The position numbers and the translations under genes were made by a program. From the NCBI GenBank assembly GCA_043800755.1, contig JAZDMQ010000007.1:1-26556 (forward strand): a stretch of 26,556 bases of DNA. The letters are read 5' to 3'. The notes beneath the pieces are model-generated. The model saw only the letters and a list, made by a program, of their open reading frames with translations, made no database searches and was not told where the DNA came from. Positions 16,605 to 24,570 of this stretch are shown here, one piece after another (within the stretch, counting starts at the first letter, position 1; the number at the start of each line of letters is the position of its first letter). This DNA is from a bacterium. GTDB taxonomy: Bacteria > Methylomirabilota > Methylomirabilia > CAVQYV01.

Positions 16605-18800
16605 TCAGGCCTCGCAGGTGATATGCAATAGGTTCGCGCAGAGCATGCGGAGCATGACCTTCGCCTCGGAGGGGGGCACGACCTGCGAGAGCCTATCCCA
16701 CTCCGCCTCGAACATAGACACTGCCTCTCTGCGGCACGCGTCCAATGCCCCCGATCTGCGCACCAGCTCGATACCCTCCCGCAGTGCGCCGCGGTCTTTT
16801 CTCAAGCGCTGGGAGCAGAGGATGGACTTTAGGCGCCTTCTATCGGCTTCGTTCGAGAGCTCGAGCGCCCGGAATATGACATAGGTCAGTTTCCCCGCGC
16901 GTATATCCTCCCCGCAATCCTTGGTCCATTTGGGGGAATCGGCGAAGTTGTGCACATCATCCACGATCTGAAAGGCGACCCCGAATATCTTGCCGAATTC
17001 CGCACAGGCCTGGCGGGTCGTAGAATCAGCCTGGGCGGTGACGCAGGCGATTTGGGCCATCCCTTCCGAGGCGCTGGCCGTCTTGTAGGCGTACATCTGG
17101 AGGATCTTGGGGCCGATGGAATCGCCGATCCACAGGTCGAGGTTCGCCTCGGTCAGGTTCCGGGACCAATATAGATCCAGGCTTTGGCCAAAATGGGACC
17201 TCGTCAATTGCTGGACCATGATGCGATATAATTCCATGCGTTGGTAATCGGTGAGGTGCTCATGCTGGGCCAGCAGCAGATAAGGGAGGAAATAGAGCGT
17301 ATTTCCAGCATTGATGGCAATGTCGAGTCCATAGCGGCGATGGATACATTGGTCGCCGCGGCGCGTCTTGGAGTCGTCTTCGATGTCGTCGATGATCAAA
17401 GACCCCGTATGGTTCAGCTCCAAGATGCACGAGGTCAGCATCTCGTAGGGTTCGTGGCGCACTCCCAGGGCTTCCAGCAGAAGGATCCCGAAGATGGGGC
17501 GCCAGTACTTGCCTCTACGGGACATGAGATCCCAAATGGGCCGGGCGAGGACCTCCTCATAGGCTGCAGGCTCGTGTTTCCAATGCGGCGCACCCACAAA
17601 TTGCGCGATGTGCGCCTCGGTCATCGTCTTCGGGAAGAAGTCTTCGATGCAGGCATTGACGCGTTTCGCCAGATGGTCCATCTGCTTATTGAAATCGAAG
17701 ATGAACCCATAGCCGTATAATTCCAGCCTGGCCCTCCCGGATACGGGCTCGCCTCCCAAGCTGCCGGAGACGGTGCCCGCACCCTCCCAGATCGCCCTGA
17801 TCAAGCCGAAGACATTGATCTCTTGATCGTCCAGCAAGGGGCTAAAGGTAACCGAGAGGTCGAATTCGGGGATCTCGAGCTGCCACGACACGGGGTATCG
17901 AATCCGGGTGCGCTTGCTCTCCCAATGGCGGAGCGGCTTGAGGGTGAAGTTCTGGCAGAGGACGGGGTCCGCATCCCTTCTCCTGATCATGACAAATTGC
18001 CCTGCCGGCTGCATATTCTGCATCTCCCGGCGGACCATGACCAGGATGTCCGTTCCCTCATCGAGGTTGATGCCAAGCCAATCCCAACCGAGCAGCTTTC
18101 CGTCTTTCGGCTGGGTGATGAACCATCCACCCCCATCCCCCCACTGATGATCCATCCACCCCACCCCCTTCACCTCCTCCCCCCCGACGGCACCGGTGAT
18201 CTCCAGGCGAGGATAAGTGGTGTAGGTCATGGCATCGGCCGAGGGGGACTGCGTCTCTTCGATGAGGATCCTCGGCTGGAGAGGACGGAGGTCAAGGGAG
18301 CACTTGCGTCCGCTCCCTGGTTCAACGAAGGAGAGATGGAATTGGGCATCGGAGTGAGATAGGGAAACGACATTCCAACGGATGGAGAGGGGCTTGGCAG
18401 CAAATGCCGCCTTCGTCCTCTCCAGGCGAACAGGGCGGAACGGGCCGTAGGTCTTGATCTCTTGAGTGAAGGCGCCCACCGTGGCGGGATCGAGGTTGGC
18501 GCGCCACAGGCCCGAATGGAGGTGAGTGAACAACTCGACCAGGGAGGGGTCGATTTGATTCAGCGCCTCATGGCTGGAGGTGCTCGGGTCCAGCACCGAG
18601 AGTATGCAGGAAAACCCCTGCTCGGAATTGGCCTCTGCGATCGGCAGGTGGTGGCGAAAGAGGGCGACCATGAAGTAACGCCTCCCCGAGGCATTGCCCT
18701 CATAGTATCCTTGAAAGAACCACCATTCTATGGCCCGATCCTCATGGGCGGATTCGTCTATCGATACTGGCCCCTGGCTGATCCTCAAGGAAGTTTCCAT
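16605..18800 (-). CDS. Fusion: AttH/CrtC-like lipocalin-fold domain + trans-isoprenyl diphosphate (GGPP-type) synthase
   Basis: N-half EWWF, GWMDHQWG, GWDW, RYPVSW, DDQE, WEG, ELYGY; C-half RGKYWRP, SLIIDDIEDDSKTRRG, HFGQSLDLYW, YKT, FQIVDDVHN, EDIRAGKLT. Start uncertain because the frame stays open 34 codons further upstream. Confidence 0.85.
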   Translation of the reverse strand: METSLRISQGPVSIDESAHEDRAIEWWFFQGYYEGNASGRRYFMVALFRHHLPIAEANSEQGFSCILSVLDPSTSSHEALNQIDPSLVELFTHLHSGLWRANLDPATVGAFTQEIKTYGPFRPVRLERTKAAFAAKPLSIRWNVVSLSHSDAQFHLSFVEPGSGRKCSLDLRPLQPRILIEETQSPSADAMTYTTYPRLEITGAVGGEEVKGVGWMDHQWGDGGGWFITQPKDGKLLGWDWLGINLDEGTDILVMVRREMQNMQPAGQFVMIRRRDADPVLCQNFTLKPLRHWESKRTRIRYPVSWQLEIPEFDLSVTFSPLLDDQEINVFGLIRAIWEGAGTVSGSLGGEPVSGRARLELYGYGFIFDFNKQMDHLAKRVNACIEDFFPKTMTEAHIAQFVGAPHWKHEPAAYEEVLARPIWDLMSRRGKYWRPIFGILLLEALGVRHEPYEMLTSCILELNHTGSLIIDDIEDDSKTRRGDQCIHRRYGLDIAINAGNTLYFLPYLLLAQHEHLTDYQRMELYRIMVQQLTRSHFGQSLDLYWSRNLTEANLDLWIGDSIGPKILQMYAYKTASASEGMAQIACVTAQADSTTRQACAEFGKIFGVAFQIVDDVHNFADSPKWTKDCGEDIRAGKLTYVIFRALELSNEADRRRLKSILCSQRLRKDRGALREGIELVRRSGALDACRREAVSMFEAEWDRLSQVVPPSEAKVMLRMLCANLLHITCEA

Positions 18801-19116
18801 GGCAGTTTCAGTGACGATGTCGGCCTTCTTTCCGGTGGCTCCGACAAAGGCATCCAGTTCGGATAATATCTTCTCCGGCAGGCTGGACGGACAAGACTCT
18901 TCTCAAAGCGCACCCCCTCTATTACAATCTCTTACATCGGTGCTGATTGTCAATATGGAAAAACGGAGGGGGAAAGGGCAGGGCAAATCCGAGGAGAATG
19001 TGGGGTGTACCCGATCTGTCTCTTGAAGAGGGTGGCACGGGAATCATCATTAGAATGGAGCTCTTGGGAATCCAATGAATGAGCAGCTCAATGGCAAACT
19101 TGATATGTTGTCCCAC

Positions 19117-19149
19117 TTGGATTTGTCAACTGTGTAGGCCTGGCCCCTT
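19117..19149. repeat. 33-bp direct repeat, copy 2
   Basis: Identical to 13682-13714. Confidence 0.95.
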
Positions 19150-19193
19150 GCGCAGCCCGTCAATAGAATACAATTGGGCTTTTCAATTCGGAC

Positions 19194-19232
19194 TTGACAA
19201 TTCGTAAAATACCAGTTAGAGATGTATTACAT
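19194..19232 (+). promoter_or_regulatory. Putative TA promoter region with operator palindrome
   Basis: TTGACA at 19194-19199 and inverted repeat ATGTA-T-TACAT at 19222-19232 just upstream of the toxin start; the -10 match is poor. Confidence 0.4.
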
Positions 19233-19253
19233 TCTTAACAGAATGGGCGCGCC

Positions 19254-19529
19254 GTGAAAATAGAAATAATCTCATGGGATGAACAGACGGTTGATCATAT
19301 TTCTAACCACTCCGTTTCACCAGAAGAAGTTGAGGAGGTGCTGTTCAATGACGCGGATACACCACTGATCTTGCGGGGTAAAGAAGGGAAATACCTTGCT
19401 TACGGAAGAACCCGTGAGGGTCGGCTTCTGCTGGTAGTGTGGGCTTCAAGATACAGAAAGACCAAGATCATTACAGCCAGAGACATGACCAAGAGGGAAA
19501 AGCAATTCTATAGGAGAGCCAAGAGATGA
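19254..19529 (+). CDS. BrnT-family toxin (type II TA)
   Basis: WD....HI..H.V...EVEEV, GRT..GR.L.VV, IITARDMT..E..Y. Confidence 0.85.
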   Translation: MKIEIISWDEQTVDHISNHSVSPEEVEEVLFNDADTPLILRGKEGKYLAYGRTREGRLLLVVWASRYRKTKIITARDMTKREKQFYRRAKR

Positions 19530-19774
19530 AAGTGCCTGAATTCAAGAGCCTAAAAGAAGAAAGAGATTTCTGGGACAGCCACGATTCCGTGGACTACCAT
19601 GATGAGTTCGAAGTGGCCAAAGATGTAGTTTTCGTTCGGCCCAAGAAGGAAGTCATATCCTTGCGCCTTGAACCCAAGCTCATAAGGAGGTTGAAGGACG
19701 TGGCCGACAAGGAGGGCCTGCCGCCAACTACCTATGCCAGGATGCTAATCATTAAAGGTCTTGGGACTCATTGA
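19526..19774 (+). CDS. BrnA/CopG-type antitoxin (C-terminal ribbon-helix-helix)
   Basis: P.FKS..EE..FWD.HD..DY and ISLRL..L...A...G; ATGA overlap with the toxin. Confidence 0.85.
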   Translation: MKVPEFKSLKEERDFWDSHDSVDYHDEFEVAKDVVFVRPKKEVISLRLEPKLIRRLKDVADKEGLPPTTYARMLIIKGLGTH

Positions 19775-20106
19775 AGTTCCTCGCATCGTGCTCCAACTGA
19801 CTTCAATTCGCCATTGAGGTCGAGCCCGCAGAACGGACAGAAGTTGAGCTTCTTCGAAAACCGAAACCATCCACTGCCAGGCAAATACTTCAGATAGCCA
19901 ATCGAGTTCCGGCACTGGGGACAACGAACTCCGTAACCCAGGAACAGGGCCGAGGCGCCGACATAACTTATTCGCCATTTGGCAGGAGAGGGTAAAAATA
20001 CTTTGTTACCATGTCTGACCCCATTTCCCACTTGTTCTTGCTCTGCCTCATTGACGCCCTTTTCCGGACGGGTGTGCCAGGGACAAGTGATTGCTTGGTT
20101 TCCCAT
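19768..20106 (-). CDS. Hypothetical small zinc-ribbon protein, possibly a gene remnant
   Basis: C-terminal RCPQC..FCPFCG after a hydrophobic stretch; the N-terminal part looks non-coding. Confidence 0.35.
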   Translation of the reverse strand: MGNQAITCPWHTRPEKGVNEAEQEQVGNGVRHGNKVFLPSPAKWRISYVGASALFLGYGVRCPQCRNSIGYLKYLPGSGWFRFSKKLNFCPFCGLDLNGELKSVGARCEELQ

Positions 20107-20110
20107 TGCG

Positions 20111-20557
20111 TTATCCTTGGCTAACAGTTTTCTTTCTGTCGGCCCTGCTGTTCAACCGGAACACCTCTCGTATTTGCTCTTCCGAGGCGATCGCCGGGTC
20201 CACTGACCGATACGCCGGGCTGGCGAGCGCAATGGAGTTATCCGGCGGGATCAGATATCTCCCATGCATCAGCAGGATGGAATCAACCTTCAGGTCCCTA
20301 AGTATTTGATCCCTCTCTGACACAGTCTTGGGAGAAAAGCTGACGTCCAGATTGAAGACACTCCCTATGCTGTCGAATGCCTGGCAGTCGAGGCTAATCT
20401 GCATGGAACCGTCCTCCGGGATTTCATAGCTCTCCACTTTCAAGACCCTGACAATCGTGCTCAGCTCAGCCCCGGTAACCAACAGGCAGTGCTCAAGGCT
20501 CCAGCTCTCCCCGGTTTCGCAATCCGTGATGATTCCTCGAATGATGTTTTCCTCCAT
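20111..20557 (-). CDS. Hypothetical protein (148 aa)
   Basis: Strong AAGGAGG RBS before ATG 20557; acidic globular composition; no family recognised. Confidence 0.65.
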   Translation of the reverse strand: MEENIIRGIITDCETGESWSLEHCLLVTGAELSTIVRVLKVESYEIPEDGSMQISLDCQAFDSIGSVFNLDVSFSPKTVSERDQILRDLKVDSILLMHGRYLIPPDNSIALASPAYRSVDPAIASEEQIREVFRLNSRADRKKTVSQG

Positions 20558-20583
20558 GACTTCTTCCCTCCTTTCCTGGCGCG

Positions 20584-20645
20584 GCCTGGCGGTTACCACG
20601 ACCGGCCTTGCACCGGTTAGCAGACGATGACTTGGCAGGGCACAC
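20584..20645 (-). mobile_element. Probable group II intron 5'-end fragment inside a truncated attC arm
   Basis: Minus strand starts GTGTGCCC (GUGYG consensus), followed by a CCGGT-GCAA-GGCCGG GNRA hairpin; directly follows TTCTAAC-AAGTCGCTG. Confidence 0.5.
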
Positions 20646-20655
20646 CAGCGACTTG

Positions 20656-21180
20656 TTAGAATCTTTTCTTCGCAAACTCGATTGCTTCTCGGTCGGGCGA
20701 ATCAAGGGAAGGGAGGCTGTTTATGTCGAACCACCTCGCCATGACAGACTCCTTTGGGGAGAGGGACAGATCTGCTTTACGTATTGTGGCAAGAAAGTAA
20801 ACTACGACTATCGGGGTGCCGTCTCTGTAAGTGTTACCAAAGCTCCTTACGTAGGACAGATTCCTGATCACAGTTAGAGCATTTTGCTGTCCCAACTCCT
20901 CGCCGATCTCCCTCTCCAACGCGGCCTCCAAGGACTCTCCGGCCTTGGATACCGAACTCGCCAGTTCCACGAACCCGCCAGGTATTTCCCAGATCAATTC
21001 ATCGGGGCTATCAGGTTTTCGCTCCTTCACCAACAGAATCTGCCTAGCGGCCAGATCACATATCAGAACGCTCACATTCGGGTGCGGTGACGAGTATAGG
21101 GTCCGGCCACAGTCTTCACATCTGTTTGAAGACAATTTCTCCGCACAGTAGGGACAATACTTGAACTCACTAACATCCAT
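20656..21180 (-). CDS. Nudix hydrolase with N-terminal zinc ribbon
   Basis: FKYCPYC..CEDCG; W.IPGGFVE..GE-x7-REIGEELG; the stop TAA lies within an attC-type TTCTAAC. Confidence 0.85.
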   Translation of the reverse strand: MDVSEFKYCPYCAEKLSSNRCEDCGRTLYSSPHPNVSVLICDLAARQILLVKERKPDSPDELIWEIPGGFVELASSVSKAGESLEAALEREIGEELGQQNALTVIRNLSYVRSFGNTYRDGTPIVVVYFLATIRKADLSLSPKESVMARWFDINSLPSLDSPDREAIEFAKKRF

Positions 21181-21410
21181 TGAAGTGTGTCTCCATTTCT
21201 CTGGTGGAGTGTTACAAGCACCGCAGGAATCATAAGATTACAACACGAATGGGATCCACGCAACCAACATGGCCCACTTGAGGATACCCCGGGCGCATAC
21301 GAATTCGAGGGCGGGGACAGCTTCAAGATAGTTATGAACAAGAGGGATTCGAGCCTTCGGCACGCGCCTGGCCATTTCCTCGTAGTCGGCTGGCCCCACT
21401 GGTTGGACGG

Positions 21411-21875
21411 TCATTTGCCACAAGTCGCTATTTGGTAAACGGCCACAAAGAGAATGACCAGAACCCATGCTAACGCTATGGCACAGCTGAATAGGATCAC
21501 AATCCACGAGATGCGGCCCCATGGCTGAGCTCCGATGGAGCACCTGACGGTTGGAAACACTTTGCCCTTATAAGACGACAGGTCATTGAACCGTTCGACA
21601 TACCAGGCTTGCCACTTTCTTTCACGAACCACAATCCCAGTTAGAGCCAGAGCGGCCAGGATACCCGACATCGGGATCAGGTACAACAGTAGTTGGAATA
21701 GCGGCTGGGTCGGCGGGGTGCGTACAAGAAAACCCAAGGCTACGACGAGGCCTGTCTCGATAGCGATGAGAAATTCAATCCACTTCTGGCCGACTTGGTC
21801 CTGATTCTTGATCAGGTCGACAAGCCACCCCCCGATCTCACTGGATTCTTTCTTCTCGTCCTGTGCATTCGCCAT
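21411..21875 (-). CDS. Hypothetical 3-TM membrane protein (154 aa)
   Basis: GGGAGGA RBS before ATG 21875; three hydrophobic helices; followed by GTCCAAC attC half-site at 21408-21402. Confidence 0.7.
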   Translation of the reverse strand: MANAQDEKKESSEIGGWLVDLIKNQDQVGQKWIEFLIAIETGLVVALGFLVRTPPTQPLFQLLLYLIPMSGILAALALTGIVVRERKWQAWYVERFNDLSSYKGKVFPTVRCSIGAQPWGRISWIVILFSCAIALAWVLVILFVAVYQIATCGK

Positions 21876-21916
21876 CTTTTTCCTCCCATATTCTGGATAC
21901 TCGCGTGTGGCTGGCA

Positions 21917-21990
21917 ATCGACATAGGTTGGCCCTCACGGGCTTTCCTTGTCACACCACCGTACAAGCGGATCACGCATACGGCAGTTCC
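21917..21990 (-). mobile_element. Group II intron 3' end (domains V and VI, class C-like), no RT ORF
   Basis: ACTGCCGTAT-GCG-TGATC-CGC-TT-GTACGGTGGT folds as DV; GACAAGG..GCCC-GTGA-GGGC..CCT(A)TGTC is DVI with a bulged A 8 nt from the terminal AT. Confidence 0.85.
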
Positions 21991-22180
21991 GCAAGCATGC
22001 CGGGTCGTGCCCGGCTGGACTTTCGGAAGTCTTCGCGCCGACTTCACCCCTCGATGAGGGACGGGCCTCAGGGACGTTCGGACAGAAATTGCGTAACAAG
22101 CAGATCTGGAGAGCAATGCACGTTCTGCGCGGACGTCCCCCTTTCCGTCCAGATAGAATATTGAAAGGATTGAACTACGT

Positions 22181-22253
22181 CCCCAACGTCTTGCTCTGAG
22201 GAGTATCGGATCAGCTGCGAGCGTAGCGAGTCTGCTCGCTCCGCTTGTTATGC
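22181..22253 (-). mobile_element. Degenerate integron attC site (73 bp)
   Basis: GCATAAC (contains the HEPN gene stop) ... GTTGGGG; arms GCGGAGCGAGC and GCTGATCCG only partly pair, with about 12-13 extra nt in the right arm. Confidence 0.6.
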
Positions 22254-23753
22254 GTCACCCTGCGCCCTTGGCTTCTCGATGTCCTTCTGCTGTTTCAGCC
22301 AGTAGTAGTGTGAGAACAAGTAACCCCAGACTACCTCGACGAGCTTCCGCACCGTCTGCCCATGTCGCGCCGTTTCCTCAAACTCCCCCGCGGCGAGCAG
22401 GGTATCAAGCCCGTGAATGGCCTCAAGCTGCTCCAGCGGATCTTTCGCCCGAGTGCCCGCTATTCTGTCCCTGAGCGCGGCACCGTTTCCTACAGGTAGG
22501 GACTCATCCGACTCCACCAATGCTTCAACAGCAAGGCGCACCGCGCCCACCATGGTGTCGAGTCGCAGTCCACTCTCTGACAAGAACCTGTAGCGATCCA
22601 GCGCTTCGACTATCTCTTCAATTCGGTCTATCCGTTCGCCAGGCGAGACGTTCGTGTCCGCCAACGTTTTGTAAGTCCGTTGGAACCTCTGCTCGTTGGT
22701 CACGAGTATGTCTTCCAGCCCAGCCTGTCGCGCCAGGTCAGAGCCAACCAGCAGCGTCGAAAGACAGAGCCTGAAGATACGTATTCCATAGGAAATGAGT
22801 GACTGGTAAGTGGGGCCTTTCACTCCCTTCGATGTGTCTGCCGCAATGAAGTGGAGCCTCTCCGCTCGTCCCTCGTGAACTATGGAGGAACGCGCGCGAT
22901 AAAACTGGTCTGCCCAGACGTCCAGTCGTACCACTCTCCCTAAGAGCAAAGCGATTGCATCGACGAGGCGATCGGTCTTCTCCGTCTGGGGAAGTCCGAG
23001 AAGTGACTCGAAAGCGATTGCGAGGCTGACAAGTGAGGCGGCTTCGTTCCTGCCCTCTCGATTGGCGTCGTTGAACCAGCGAATAGCCGTAAGCACTCGC
23101 ATGGAGTTCACTGAAGTCGGCTCGTCGAGCACCTTCAACAGCAGGGCGTACCCGCCTGTGCTCGCCGAACAGGCCATTTGAACGTCGAAACACAGGTCTT
23201 GGGTGTAATTGAGCGTGAGATGAGGCTCGGGTCCGTAGACACGAGAACCTCGTGTGACCCAGAAATGATGCCTGAAGTTGTACAAACCGGCGTAGCCTGG
23301 CACGTCGTCAAACTCGTCTGGCTCCACCGCGGCGCCCTCTCCGACAGACTCCACGTGGTAGTCCGGCTGCACGAGAGACGAGGAGACTCTGCCTGGCACG
23401 AAAACCACCATGCTTGCATGCTCAGAGGTCATGAATGGGTGGCCGAATACCTTATGAGGTGATGCATAGAGGTAAGCAACAACGGCTTGAATGTCTGCCA
23501 AGTTCCCCACGTCTGGGTTGGAGTAGGTGAGATCTATCAACGGCGCTACTGCATAGGAAGCCGACTTAAGGCGAAGGTCGTTCTGCAAGAACAGCATACT
23601 GGCTACTTCGCTCACCGCCGCCGCCTGGATAGAGGGCAAACCCGACACATCGTCAGTGGAACGGAACGTCACCCCACCTAGAACGACGGGGCCACTCGTC
23701 TTCAGGAAGGGAAAGACGGCGATACTGAATGTGCTCTTCGCGCTCTTCATCAT
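22248..23753 (-). CDS. ApeA-like HEPN domain protein (putative anti-phage RNase), integron cassette
   Basis: AIRWFN..L.IAFESLL..FYRARSSIVHEG: E..RxxxxH HEPN signature; flanked by attC cores. Confidence 0.7.
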   Translation of the reverse strand: MMKSAKSTFSIAVFPFLKTSGPVVLGGVTFRSTDDVSGLPSIQAAAVSEVASMLFLQNDLRLKSASYAVAPLIDLTYSNPDVGNLADIQAVVAYLYASPHKVFGHPFMTSEHASMVVFVPGRVSSSLVQPDYHVESVGEGAAVEPDEFDDVPGYAGLYNFRHHFWVTRGSRVYGPEPHLTLNYTQDLCFDVQMACSASTGGYALLLKVLDEPTSVNSMRVLTAIRWFNDANREGRNEAASLVSLAIAFESLLGLPQTEKTDRLVDAIALLLGRVVRLDVWADQFYRARSSIVHEGRAERLHFIAADTSKGVKGPTYQSLISYGIRIFRLCLSTLLVGSDLARQAGLEDILVTNEQRFQRTYKTLADTNVSPGERIDRIEEIVEALDRYRFLSESGLRLDTMVGAVRLAVEALVESDESLPVGNGAALRDRIAGTRAKDPLEQLEAIHGLDTLLAAGEFEETARHGQTVRKLVEVVWGYLFSHYYWLKQQKDIEKPRAQGDA

Positions 23754-23769
23754 TGGGTCGCTTTCGTGC

Positions 23770-23827
23770 GCATAACTAGGGCGTCAGGTGCGGCCCGATG
23801 GGCCGTCGCCTGCACGCGAGGTTAGGG
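23770..23827 (-). mobile_element. Integron attC site (58 bp)
   Basis: CCCTAAC-CTC-GCGT(G)CAGGCG(A)CGGCCC-ATC-GGGCCG-CACCTG-ACGC-CCTA-GTTATGC: core sites, paired arms and extrahelical bases; the inverse core contains the upstream stop. Confidence 0.9.
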
Positions 23828-24559
23828 AGCACCCGCTCGGAGCTCGGGCAAACTCGGGTAGCCTTCGAGTAGAGCCCAACACAATTCCTCTGCCAATTGC
23901 CATGATCCCGTGATCGAGGGACTAAGCGCAACAGTAACCACGCCAAAGCTGTCGTTGGTCAATCCTTCGCCGAGCGCTGAGCCGAGTTCGCGCAGATACT
24001 GGTCAGAGAAGACTCCTCCGAAGAGACCATCATCGTCAAGGTGGGTGAAGTAGTCTATATCAATATCAATGATAGAAGAGAGGTCCTCCTCACTTGGCTT
24101 GGCCATCCATCTAAGTCGCGCTGGCAGATTCCACGGATCGATGGTTTGCAGATCAGGTATGGGCGGCGGCTCGCCCTCGGCTGCTGTCGCAAATGCCCAA
24201 TTGTGGATCTTGTCGCCGTCGAGTGCCAGAAGGGCGCTTGTGATAACATCCCATCGATAGAGTTCAAGCTCCTCTCCCTGCTCGGAGAACTTCGCTTGGC
24301 GGAAGGAACTCAGGTCCGACCTGTGGCTTGGGTTATGGTGTTTTAGCCAGGGACGCGCCCGTTGCCACAAGGCGTCGTAGTGACGGTCGATATGTAGGAA
24401 GTTCCACCCCCGAGGATCATTGTCCAGATGTTGCCACCAACACCACAGCGCGAGACGGTGGTTGTCCATGACGTACAACCTGTCGTGGCGCCACAGAAAG
24501 CTGTCGTGCACTGGTCCTGAGCGGCCACGCTCTTTCCACGTTATCAACCACTCTCCCAT
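23822..24559 (-). CDS. UPF0489-family protein (arginase/deacetylase-like metal motifs), integron cassette
   Basis: YVMDNH..A..W, LHIDRHYD, IIDIDIDYF, VTVALSP. Confidence 0.75.
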   Translation of the reverse strand: MGEWLITWKERGRSGPVHDSFLWRHDRLYVMDNHRLALWCWWQHLDNDPRGWNFLHIDRHYDALWQRARPWLKHHNPSHRSDLSSFRQAKFSEQGEELELYRWDVITSALLALDGDKIHNWAFATAAEGEPPPIPDLQTIDPWNLPARLRWMAKPSEEDLSSIIDIDIDYFTHLDDDGLFGGVFSDQYLRELGSALGEGLTNDSFGVVTVALSPSITGSWQLAEELCWALLEGYPSLPELRAGAP

Positions 24560-24570
24560 TCTCTATTGCT

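Noticed and set aside
13682..19149. CRISPR array or tRNA-derived att site from the 33-bp repeat
   Set aside because: Only two copies 5.4 kb apart, no cas genes, and no tRNA 3'-end similarity.
21238..21385. ORF tail YEEMARR..IPFVL after the truncated attC arm
   Set aside because: Possibly a deleted cassette remnant, but it has no start, RBS or family signal.
22091..22128. 38-bp GCAGAAC..GTTACGC element as another attC
   Set aside because: Too short and the arms do not pair; at most a deleted remnant.
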